Below, in pieces: positions 37,836 to 46,757 of a stretch of DNA of 58,730 nucleotides. The DNA is taken from the sequence record SRR20825019_449; one strand, given 5' to 3'. The notes beneath the pieces are model-generated. The model was not told the DNA's origin, ran no database searches, and was given only the letters and a program-made list of their open reading frames with translations. Both the position numbers and the translations under genes were made by a program. Position 1 is the stretch's first letter, and each line of letters opens with the position of its first letter.

Positions 37836-40236
37836 AAACTGTCTTTCTTTGTTTGGCGCTTTGTAAAAGTTGCAACAACACCGGCAGCAAAACCCAGGTC
37901 ATCAATAGACACATGCCGAAGCCGATCAACGCCAGATAACCCATCGACCGAAGGCCGCCCATGGACGCCGTAATCAGCCCGCCAAACCCCAGAAGCGTCG
38001 TGAAGGTCGTCACAATGGCCGCCCGACCGGTTGTCGCCATGACCGTTCGAACTTCGTCGCGTCCTTCGGTGAAGCGTTCCACAATATGGATAGCATTGTC
38101 GACGGAGATACCAATCAAGGATGGCAGGATCACCATATTGATGATCGACAGCTTCAGCCCCACAAGCGCCATAATGCCAAGGGTAAGGATTAGTCCAAAG
38201 GCCGTGGGCGCCAGAATAACACATGTCGCCTTCAGTGAGCGGCAAAAACCGGCCACAGCCGCCAAGGTCACCAGCCCAACCAGCAAAACGGCTTTGATCG
38301 CGTCCGCCTTCATCAGCGCCAGCATTTCCACAAAGATAAACCCCTCTGACGCCGGGTGATAGGTCTTTCCATCAACTGTAAAGCTGGCGACATCGTCATA
38401 AAACTGGCGGGCAAGATCAGCATCATTCATTGTCACCGAGTTGTAGATATAAACCAGATAGCCCGGTTTTCTCTCGTTGCCCAAAAAGACACGGCGCATG
38501 CCCTGTGGCAGGTCCTTCACATCCAGCATGCCAATCTGCAGATATTTGGCCTTGTCCTGTAACGATATCGGCAGTGGTCCACTTTCCTCGATTTTCGACC
38601 ACATGCGGTTGATCACTTCAAGTCGTGCGGCCTGGCCTTCTCTGTCTGGCACGAAATTGCGGACACTGGTGATTTTCGCCACGGTCGGTGTCCGGGTATC
38701 CTTGCGATTGTAGGCTTCGAAATAGTCTTCAATGGCCTTGACCTCTTCAAGCGTATCAACCACCAGAACGGCCCGGTCATGACCGCCTTTGAAGATGCGT
38801 TTCGACCGCTCAGTAGCCCATTGGTGCTCTGCCGACTGTGCCGCCTGGATATTTTTGAAGTTTCGCTCGAATGACAGGTGCGGCACCAGGAAGCCCGCTG
38901 CCACAAGCGGCGGAAGAAACAACCCAAGTGCCCGGCGGGGCCCTAGCGCAAACCGCCCGCCCATAACACCACTGCCAGCGACGCCGCTTGGGCGCCATGT
39001 CATAAAAGGGGCCATAACGGACAGCAAGGCCGGAAACACGGTATACATTGACAGGTAAATCAGCAGCATGCCGCTGCCCGCGATGAAGCCAAACTCTCGG
39101 AACGCGCGGAATTCTGTCAGCAGCAGGGCCAAAAAACCTGCCGCTGTTGTGATACCCGCGATCAATGACGCCCGCCCCGTATGGGCCAAAAGGACTGCGA
39201 TTGCTTCCCTGTGGCTGTCACCTAGCCCCCGCGCTTCCGCATAGCGGCTGAAATTGTGAATTCCGAAATCAATGCCCAACCCAAACAGGATCAGCGCCAA
39301 AAAAATGGTGATCAGGTTCAGCCCCCCAATAACCACTGCCGTTAATCCAATCGTCCATATAATGCCAAACGCTAGTGGGATAATGATCAACGGCAGCGCC
39401 ATCAGGCGACGATAATGAAGCAACAGAAGAAGCATAATCAGCGACACAGAACTGCCAAGGCCGATCTTCACGTCATGCATCACGGCGTCAAATTGCGCTA
39501 CTTTGTTGCGAACCCTGCCCGCAATCCCGACTTTAAGCCCACTGCCTGATGCATTCAATTCAAGGGCCTGAATGATGGCAGCAATATCGCCAATCATAGT
39601 CTTGGCACCAGCCAACCCTTGATATCCAGCTTTGGGCCATATTACGAGCGCCTGGCTGCGTCCATCGTCTGAGGCAAATCGCCGCTCGGTCTCCATCGGA
39701 GCTAGAAGTTCGCTGGCAGGAACCCCTTTCTTCTCACGGCTTGAAACTCGGATATCCTGCCCCACCAATGAGATAGTGAGAGGTATGCCGGTCGACTTCT
39801 CGATATTGCGAGTGACATTAGCCAGAATCTCTTCTTCCAGTCTGGCTTCAACCTGCTCCAGTTCAGCGACATCAAGCTGCAACAGCTTGTGGCGCTCAAG
39901 GACGGAAATATCTTCAAAATACTGAGCGCTGTCGGTCCATGGCAGGCGACGGGTAATTGCCTCCAGAATGAACAATCCCTCCTCAGCCCGACGCGGATCA
40001 TCGCTTTCGACAATCACTTGAATAGCAGCAAAGCTGCCAATTTTTTCCATGGCGTCATTCAGTGTGATCACGCTTGGGGCATCTTCCGGCATCAGGGCCT
40101 CAAGCTTGGTCGAAACCTTGAGCGTACCCGCTGCTGACATGGCAAGCACAGATGCCATGAGCGCCAGCGCCAAAACCAACCAACGCCCTGCCACAACCAG
40201 CCCGGCTGCTTTCATACTCCAGTGTCCCACGCTCAC
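37828..40236 (-). CDS. MMPL/HpnN-like RND lipid exporter
   Basis: Two repeats with GLGIDFGIH and GISVDNAIH, TT..GF motifs; 1+5 TM halves. Confidence 0.9.
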   Translation of the reverse strand: MSVGHWSMKAAGLVVAGRWLVLALALMASVLAMSAAGTLKVSTKLEALMPEDAPSVITLNDAMEKIGSFAAIQVIVESDDPRRAEEGLFILEAITRRLPWTDSAQYFEDISVLERHKLLQLDVAELEQVEARLEEEILANVTRNIEKSTGIPLTISLVGQDIRVSSREKKGVPASELLAPMETERRFASDDGRSQALVIWPKAGYQGLAGAKTMIGDIAAIIQALELNASGSGLKVGIAGRVRNKVAQFDAVMHDVKIGLGSSVSLIMLLLLLHYRRLMALPLIIIPLAFGIIWTIGLTAVVIGGLNLITIFLALILFGLGIDFGIHNFSRYAEARGLGDSHREAIAVLLAHTGRASLIAGITTAAGFLALLLTEFRAFREFGFIAGSGMLLIYLSMYTVFPALLSVMAPFMTWRPSGVAGSGVMGGRFALGPRRALGLFLPPLVAAGFLVPHLSFERNFKNIQAAQSAEHQWATERSKRIFKGGHDRAVLVVDTLEEVKAIEDYFEAYNRKDTRTPTVAKITSVRNFVPDREGQAARLEVINRMWSKIEESGPLPISLQDKAKYLQIGMLDVKDLPQGMRRVFLGNERKPGYLVYIYNSVTMNDADLARQFYDDVASFTVDGKTYHPASEGFIFVEMLALMKADAIKAVLLVGLVTLAAVAGFCRSLKATCVILAPTAFGLILTLGIMALVGLKLSIINMVILPSLIGISVDNAIHIVERFTEGRDEVRTVMATTGRAAIVTTFTTLLGFGGLITASMGGLRSMGYLALIGFGMCLLMTWVLLPVLLQLLQSAKQRKTVYG

Positions 40237-40265
40237 TCCACATTTTCACCCGCTTACAGGGTAAT

Positions 40266-40292
40266 AACGGAGCGCCACCTAAGCCACCTCCA
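40266..40292 (-). promoter_or_regulatory. ECF-type promoter motif, copy 4
   Basis: Minus strand TGGAGGT-GGCTTAGGTGGCGCTC-CGTT, 29 nt before the MMPL gene. Confidence 0.75.
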
Positions 40293-40513
40293 GTAAAACC
40301 ACCTTGTCCACGTTTGGTGATGGCGTGACCGCCAAAGTGATCGCTCTGAATGGATGCTTGGGTTCCAAGTTTGATGAGGTACTCATGTTGGAAGAACAGT
40401 TTCACGATCTGTCTCACTAGCACTGAAGCAGAACAGCTGGTGCAACCCGCGGCCACATAATCGCCGTCGCTACCTTCTTATATTGCATATAGAATTAGTA
40501 GTGCCTTGCTATG

Positions 40514-40529
40514 TTAAGTTTGGCTTCAG
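40514..40529 (+). promoter_or_regulatory. Putative OmpR/PmrA-type direct-repeat box
   Basis: TTAAG-N6-TTCAG upstream of the response regulator gene. Confidence 0.55.
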
Positions 40530-40551
40530 GCAAATTTGAGATATTGAAACG

Positions 40552-41214
40552 ATGGCACGTTTATTATTGGTAGAGGATGACGTTCAGCTTGGGGAATCCC
40601 TTAAAGAAGGGCTTGAGATGGATGTCTATCACGTTGATTGGTTGCGAAATGGCGCGGATGCGCTTTTGGCGCTGGAAACCAATGATTTTGACATCGCCGT
40701 GTTGGATCTGGGCCTGCCGGGGATGGACGGGGTAACGTTACTACAGGCCGCCCGCAAGAATGGTGACAGCACCCCCATTCTTATTCTCACTGCGCGAGAC
40801 ACTGTTGCAGATAAAATAAGAGGGCTGGATTCAGGGGCGGACGATTATCTAGTAAAACCCTTTGATATAGATGAATTATCCGCACGGCTTCGCTCACTCT
40901 TGCGGCGCTCGTCAGGGCGGGCAAGTCCTGCACTTGAAGTGGGCGCAATATCATTGGACCCCGCAACGGGCGATATTACTATAGATGCCATTCCTACTAT
41001 TTTGTCCGGCCGAGAACGGGCCTTGTTGCAAATTCTGATGGAGAACGCCGGACGTTTTGTTTCCAAAAGTAGATTGGAGAACAGCCTTTATGGCTGGGAT
41101 TCTGAGGTCGAAAGTAATACCGTTGAGGTATATATCTCCAAATTGCGAAAGAAAGTTGGACGCGCGAGTATTACCACAATGCGCGGCGTCGGCTACAGAA
41201 TGAATAAAGCGTAA
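40552..41214 (+). CDS. OmpR-family response regulator (QseB/PmrA-like)
   Basis: LLVEDD, LDLGLP, GADDYLVKPF, SNTVEVYISKLRKK. Confidence 0.93.
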   Translation: MARLLLVEDDVQLGESLKEGLEMDVYHVDWLRNGADALLALETNDFDIAVLDLGLPGMDGVTLLQAARKNGDSTPILILTARDTVADKIRGLDSGADDYLVKPFDIDELSARLRSLLRRSSGRASPALEVGAISLDPATGDITIDAIPTILSGRERALLQILMENAGRFVSKSRLENSLYGWDSEVESNTVEVYISKLRKKVGRASITTMRGVGYRMNKA

Positions 41215-41215
41215 C

Positions 41216-42679
41216 ATGGCCGCCTCTCTCAAACGGAAGCTTACAATGCATCTATCCCGCTGGTTGCTCGGGATCTGGATCGGCGCTTCCCTTTTGGCAT
41301 TTTTTGCCGCCAAATCCGAGGTGACAGAGGTTTTTGATATGCGCATGCGTGATTATGCCACGCTGCTTACAGAGATTGCTTATCGGCGCATCCATGACCT
41401 TGAAGAACGCGGCGTTGATGTGATCAACACCCCACCCAACACAGCCTTTGAATATAATAGTACGCTAGCCTTCAAGGTATGGCGCAATGGGAAACTGGCA
41501 GCAAGCAGCACCGGCGCGCCTAATTTTCCAACGCCAAATCAGCCAGGCTTCTATTACGAAAGAATAACTTCTTACGAAAACTCAGATCATGAAAAAGAGA
41601 TCGCTGAAGGGCGTGCACCAGAGCTTGAGACTGACGACTGGATTTTTTATGCGGCCCACGACCCTTCATACGATCTTTGGGTTGTGGTGGCGGAAATCGA
41701 CGATGTTCGGGAGTTCCTGATTGGTAAGATGATATTGCAGATGGTTTGGCCTGTATTGGTGATATTTCCCATTCTGTTTGCCGCCATATATTTTACCATA
41801 CAAAAGCAATTGAGGCCTCTTGGGAAAGTCTCGCGGCAAATAGGCAGACGCAATCCATCAGAGCTCTCTTCTATCAGCAGCGATGGGGCGCCAGCCGAAT
41901 TGATACCCATCATTGCATCGCTTAACAGCTTGCTTGCCCGCTTATCTGCAGCTTTGGAAGCCGAACGCCGGTTCACAGCGAATGCTTCCCATGAGCTTCG
42001 GACCCCGCTAGCTGCTCTAATAACACAGGTGCAGGTCGCGGAGCGGCAAAGCGAAGACAAAGAAAGTCGACACGTTCTTTCGAAGATCAGGGACAGAGCA
42101 AACAGGCTTACAAATTTGGTTGATCAGCTAATGACCCTCGCGCGCCTTGATCCTGACCAGTCCTCATTAAATCCGGAACATTTCTGCGTTCAGCAAACAA
42201 GCGAAGCCATTTTGGCTGATTTGGCGAACGCGGCTCTGGAAAAGAACATTGAACTCAACTTAGATGTGGCGCCAAACAGCACCGTGTATGGAATTGAGGC
42301 TCACTATTCTGTAATGGTGCGTAATCTTGTTGAAAATGCAATTCGGTACTCCCCCGAAAACACGGAAGTATGTTTGAAGTTCTCCCAGGAAGGCTCTACC
42401 TGCGAAGTAATGGTAACGGACCAGGGGAAGGGTATCCCAGATAAGGAAAAAAAACGGGTATTTGAATATTTTACACGCGGCGAAAATGAAAGCATTCTGG
42501 GCAGTGGCATCGGCCTGTCAATCGTCCAACGGGTTGCCTCATTTATGAAGGCCACAGTCACAATTACGGATAATATTCCGTCAGGAACCATTGTTACAGT
42601 CTGGTGGGATACCAATGTTGCGTCAGTCGCCGCTGACTCAATTAGGAAAACGAGGCAGCATCAATCGAAAGAACGTTAA
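41216..42679 (+). CDS. Sensor histidine kinase (QseC/PmrB-like)
   Basis: ERRFTANASHELRTPL, NLVENAIRY, GSGIGLSIV. Confidence 0.92.
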   Translation: MAASLKRKLTMHLSRWLLGIWIGASLLAFFAAKSEVTEVFDMRMRDYATLLTEIAYRRIHDLEERGVDVINTPPNTAFEYNSTLAFKVWRNGKLAASSTGAPNFPTPNQPGFYYERITSYENSDHEKEIAEGRAPELETDDWIFYAAHDPSYDLWVVVAEIDDVREFLIGKMILQMVWPVLVIFPILFAAIYFTIQKQLRPLGKVSRQIGRRNPSELSSISSDGAPAELIPIIASLNSLLARLSAALEAERRFTANASHELRTPLAALITQVQVAERQSEDKESRHVLSKIRDRANRLTNLVDQLMTLARLDPDQSSLNPEHFCVQQTSEAILADLANAALEKNIELNLDVAPNSTVYGIEAHYSVMVRNLVENAIRYSPENTEVCLKFSQEGSTCEVMVTDQGKGIPDKEKKRVFEYFTRGENESILGSGIGLSIVQRVASFMKATVTITDNIPSGTIVTVWWDTNVASVAADSIRKTRQHQSKER

Positions 42680-43616
42680 CTTCACTGATTGGTGTTTGTG
42701 TAAAGCTCCCCTCAAGCCATCCAGCTTTTTGAATTGCGGCCTGCCGATTTCGGCTCACAGGTATGGTTCTGCCATCAAACAAAGTAATTTCGATATTACG
42801 TCCCTTTTTGACCGCGCGGCGAACCGCCCCTTCCGCGACCCAGTGAGAGCGATGTACCTGCAGTCCGTTCATATGTGCAACGTCGACAATGGCATCACCA
42901 AACCGATAGTATATCAGCTCATTTCCAGACTCTGTTGTGACCATGATGTAATGCTGCTGGGCCTCAATGTGCAATATTTCTGCGGTATCCGGCAGGTCTG
43001 ACCTGAGAAGGAAACGTGGCATAGATGGTTGAGAGGAAATCTCCTCCAACTCCATTTGATTCAATTTATGCGCTCTATTGGCACCGTGGCTACCACCCAT
43101 TATATGCTCGGTTTCCGGGCAGTTGCCGCGGGAAAACCAAAGCATGTCAAGAAGCAGCGCCATATAGAACATTGGTACAGCTGCGCAGAGAACTTCATGC
43201 CAAATACCCTGCATAAGGAAATGGGTCCTGGTGCTGTATGTTTGCCCTTCCACTACTGGGTATTCCGACAGCCCGATTGCCATATCAATGAGTTCGGAGA
43301 AGGGCGAAAAAATTAGCAAACCCGCGCCCCAAACCATGACCATTTTGCCGGCAAACGGAAGTTGTGCGAGCCTGCTGTTTCGCTCAAATACAAAGCGTAA
43401 ACCAAACAAGATTATCGCTGCAATTACGGTAAGAACAACCCAGAACAAAAAAGTCGCGAGCTTGCCGAATTCAACGGATGGAACGTAGGCACCAGCCATT
43501 GAAGTTGATGCAGAACCAACAACGACAATAAAAGCTGTCACATAGGGTTTTGCGTCCCAAAAATTTACGTCTTCCCGCTTCATCTCACGCCTTTCACTAC
43601 AGATATTCCTCTTCAT
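42642..43616 (-). CDS. Membrane-anchored LytTR regulator
   Basis: Four N-terminal TM helices; EAQQHY, QVHRSHWV, IPVSR; start uncertain. Confidence 0.88.
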   Translation of the reverse strand: MKRNICSERREMKREDVNFWDAKPYVTAFIVVVGSASTSMAGAYVPSVEFGKLATFLFWVVLTVIAAIILFGLRFVFERNSRLAQLPFAGKMVMVWGAGLLIFSPFSELIDMAIGLSEYPVVEGQTYSTRTHFLMQGIWHEVLCAAVPMFYMALLLDMLWFSRGNCPETEHIMGGSHGANRAHKLNQMELEEISSQPSMPRFLLRSDLPDTAEILHIEAQQHYIMVTTESGNELIYYRFGDAIVDVAHMNGLQVHRSHWVAEGAVRRAVKKGRNIEITLFDGRTIPVSRNRQAAIQKAGWLEGSFTQTPISEVNVLSIDAASFS

Positions 43617-43762
43617 AGATGCAGTGTCGCGAACGTTCCTGAAACGTAGCTGAATAAAAAATTGCCCCGTTCATGCAGAATAAAAGGGCAGGCATCGATC
43701 AGCTCTGCCAATTGGTGAAAAATAATCCACTTCACGTAAAACCAGATCACGCTCTGGCTGTT

Positions 43763-43778
43763 TTCAGCAAGCCTTCAG
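43763..43778 (+). promoter_or_regulatory. Direct-repeat box
   Basis: TTCAG-N6-TTCAG upstream of the hydrolase operon. Confidence 0.55.
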
Positions 43779-43831
43779 GTTAGGAGGGCTATGAAGCTAT
43801 GACTTTCGAAAACAACTGGCGGAGGAAGAAC

Positions 43832-45097
43832 ATGTATTTAAAAGTAAACGGAAATCGTGCAGCAAGGCTGTTGCGAACTTTGGCTGTTGGTATAACCGTC
43901 GGCCTTGGGCTATTCCCTAGCTCGATATCACAAGCGAGCGATGAAATGCGCTTGAAGGTTGAAGATCCGCGCCTGGCCCAGGATGCAGAACGCCGCTTCT
44001 CAGGTTGGGTACACAAAGGTGCGGATGAGCAAGAGCTAGACCAAGTATACCGCAGCGTATCAAAACTGTTCGGCTCTGGCCCAAATTCATGGGTGTATGA
44101 AAACAGTAAATTTGGTAAAAAGCACGAGGAAACAGCCAATCGCCTACTGTCTCAAGGCGACGTTGCTGGCGCAGCAGAAGAGCTAAAGATCGCAGCGACT
44201 TTCTATGGCATTGCCCGCTTTCCTTTTCTACACAATCAAGCAACCATTGACGCCTACAAGAAGCATGACGAATTGTATCTCGCTTCTCTGAGATTAAAGG
44301 GAATTCCTGTTCAGGAAATCAATATCCCTTTCGAAGGCAAAGAACTAGACGTTCACCTGTTTACATCTTCGGTAGTGCCGCCCAAATCACCGGGGCCGGC
44401 GGTTGTTGTCTCAGGGGGCATTGATTCCTGGAAAAGCGAAATGTGGCCAACTGTGGAAGCAATGCTTGCAGAAGGCCTAGTCGTTCTAACAATGGACATG
44501 CCTGGCACGGGCACCAGTGACTGGCGGCTCTCGGCAGACGCCGAAAAAGTCTATAGCGCCGCTGTCGACTACCTGAAGTCTCGTCCGGATGTAAATCCCG
44601 ACCAGATTGGTGTAAACCTGCGCAGTTATGCTGGTTATTTTGCCGTAAAACTTGCACTCTTGGACCCTGATGTAAAAGCAGCTGTCAACTTTGGGGGGCC
44701 GATACAGGAAGCATATGGCGAGAACAACCTATTGAGGTTGCCAAATTACATGCTTTCCACAGTCGGCGCAGGATTTGGAATGACGCGAAAAGAGTTTGTT
44801 GACAATCCAGAAAAAGCGCGCGCCGAAATGAAGGCTCATACCCAAAAAACAACGTTTGAGGCGCTCGGCTTGCTCAAGCCGTTCCCTGACCAAGCCGCGC
44901 TATTATCCATCAACGGCGACAACGACATGCTTGTGCCAGTTGAAGATATTTATGTGCTGTCCAAAGCTGGCATTCGTCAGGAAATCTGGATCTATCCTGG
45001 CGGGGGGCATACCGGCGGTAAATACCGTGCCGAGAATATTCCAGCCGCTGCCAAATGGCTAAAAATGCAGCTGACAAGTGATCGCCCATTTAGATAG
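43832..45097 (+). CDS. Exported alpha/beta hydrolase, FrsA/Ayg1-like
   Basis: Signal peptide; YGIARFP, GGIDSWK, DMPGTG, RSYAG, NGDNDMLVP, GGGH. Confidence 0.8.
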   Translation: MYLKVNGNRAARLLRTLAVGITVGLGLFPSSISQASDEMRLKVEDPRLAQDAERRFSGWVHKGADEQELDQVYRSVSKLFGSGPNSWVYENSKFGKKHEETANRLLSQGDVAGAAEELKIAATFYGIARFPFLHNQATIDAYKKHDELYLASLRLKGIPVQEINIPFEGKELDVHLFTSSVVPPKSPGPAVVVSGGIDSWKSEMWPTVEAMLAEGLVVLTMDMPGTGTSDWRLSADAEKVYSAAVDYLKSRPDVNPDQIGVNLRSYAGYFAVKLALLDPDVKAAVNFGGPIQEAYGENNLLRLPNYMLSTVGAGFGMTRKEFVDNPEKARAEMKAHTQKTTFEALGLLKPFPDQAALLSINGDNDMLVPVEDIYVLSKAGIRQEIWIYPGGGHTGGKYRAENIPAAAKWLKMQLTSDRPFR

Positions 45098-45110
45098 TGG
45101 GATATAGAAA

Positions 45111-45677
45111 ATGCAGATTGCAAACAACTTTCAGCAATATGGGCTGATATCGCAAGTTTTGCATTGGAGCATGGCGGGCTTAATGCTCGCCATGCTCGCT
45201 ACAGGGCTGTATATGACCAACATGCCAAACGGGGCCTTGCGAGACCTTGTTTACATGATGCACAAGACCACCGGCCTCACGCTATTACTATTAGCGGTAT
45301 TACGCCTTGTGTGGACCAGGCACAATCCCCGTCCAGATATCGCGAGTTCCGTGACAGGGTGGCAGCGAAAAGTTGCGCGCCTAGTTCACAAAGTGCTCTT
45401 CTTCCTGATTTTCGCAATACCTGTTACAGGTATTGGAATGAACTTTTTCAGGGGTGCTGTGCTGGAATTTATTGTACCGCTCAATAGCCCCAGCGAGCCA
45501 TTTCTTCCTCTAATGTATTTCTTTGGTGCTCTGCATAAGTTCGTGTTCCCGGTGCTTTTGGCGACCCTCGTTTCCATACATATAGCAGGTCTTCTTAAAC
45601 ACCTCTGGATCGATGGTGACAAACTTGCGATTAGGCGCATGTTTGGCTCCATTGATACAAACAGGGGAAAAGAATGA
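45111..45677 (+). CDS. Cytochrome b561 (YceJ-like)
   Basis: LHWSMA, HKTTG, VHKVLF, LHK, HIAGLLKH. Confidence 0.9.
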   Translation: MQIANNFQQYGLISQVLHWSMAGLMLAMLATGLYMTNMPNGALRDLVYMMHKTTGLTLLLLAVLRLVWTRHNPRPDIASSVTGWQRKVARLVHKVLFFLIFAIPVTGIGMNFFRGAVLEFIVPLNSPSEPFLPLMYFFGALHKFVFPVLLATLVSIHIAGLLKHLWIDGDKLAIRRMFGSIDTNRGKE

Positions 45678-46144
45678 TGTGGTATTTTCTTCTTATTCTG
45701 TCGGCGAGCGCACTTGCTGGACGTCACATTTTCCGTAAGGAAGGGGGGGTTGCAGCTATGGTTACAACCCTCACCTGTTGCCTGCTCTTTACAGCGATGG
45801 CACCGCTTGTGTTAGGTCTTTCCACAGGCATGAAGCTAGTTGACAAACCTACCCAAATCACAGGGTTTGTGGCTGCCGTAGAAGCTGTCGACATTATAGC
45901 GCCGACATTAGAAGTAACCATTGATACGGGTTCAAGAAGCTGGAGTGAGGTTGAAGGACAGCTCACCACAGGTGAAGATTCATACAGCTTCCTACGTCTA
46001 TCCAGCGCCGACCCAAACCTGTCAGACAAGCTAAAAGCGCTGCACGGAGAAAAAGCAACCCTGACCTTCCAGCCTTGGATCGTTCAGCCGTTCAGGCATG
46101 GACTGACCTCACTCCAGATTCTGGATATATCAAAAGCCGAATGA
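45674..46144 (+). CDS. Hypothetical membrane protein (2 TM helices plus soluble domain)
   Basis: ATGA overlap with the cytochrome b gene. Confidence 0.6.
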   Translation: MMWYFLLILSASALAGRHIFRKEGGVAAMVTTLTCCLLFTAMAPLVLGLSTGMKLVDKPTQITGFVAAVEAVDIIAPTLEVTIDTGSRSWSEVEGQLTTGEDSYSFLRLSSADPNLSDKLKALHGEKATLTFQPWIVQPFRHGLTSLQILDISKAE

Positions 46145-46161
46145 TACCATACCCAAGGTAA

Positions 46162-46743
46162 TTATCGGCTGTAAGTACCCGTTAGCGTACCTTTGGCAAT
46201 GATATGGCCTGCCATTTTCTCCAGTAATTCGCCTTTACTTATGGCTTCTGTAGGCAAAGCCAACTTGGTATCAAGCGCATAGATTATGTAATAATATGTA
46301 TGCTCCCCAAACGGCGGGCACGGCCCGTAATAGCCAACGACACCGCCCGTTTTATCCCCTTGATATATCCCGTTTTCCAGCAGCCGGTCTTTCCTTAACC
46401 CCTGCGGTAACGCACGCCAATCTGCAGGTATATTAGCTACGGTCCAATGCACAATCTCGAACAACGGGATACTTGGAGACGGCGCATCATAATCCGTCGC
46501 TATGAGAGCAAAAGACTGAGTGGCTGCCGGAGCGCCATCCCACCTCAACGGCGGTGCAGTATCTGCACCCTCACAGGTGTGTTCATCAGGTATTCTGCTT
46601 GCATTCTCAAAGGCAACACTGGTTAGTGAAATGATGTCCGGGGCATCAGCACCGACCTCAGTTTCCGGGCTGCCACTGCATGCCATCAGGGCAATACTCA
46701 AGCCAGCAACTGATATTGTAGAAGAAAGTCGCATTCTTGCCAT
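46162..46743 (-). CDS. YbhB/YbcL (PEBP/RKIP-like) lipoprotein
   Basis: Lipobox LMAC; DYDAP, HW, YYGPCPP, HTY..IYALD; AGGAGG RBS. Confidence 0.9.
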   Translation of the reverse strand: MARMRLSSTISVAGLSIALMACSGSPETEVGADAPDIISLTSVAFENASRIPDEHTCEGADTAPPLRWDGAPAATQSFALIATDYDAPSPSIPLFEIVHWTVANIPADWRALPQGLRKDRLLENGIYQGDKTGGVVGYYGPCPPFGEHTYYYIIYALDTKLALPTEAISKGELLEKMAGHIIAKGTLTGTYSR

Positions 46744-46757
46744 CCGCCAGCCCCTCC

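Noticed and set aside
43620-43745. Roughly 21-bp-spaced TTCGCGAA-like LytTR sites
   Set aside because: Matches too degenerate to support by eye
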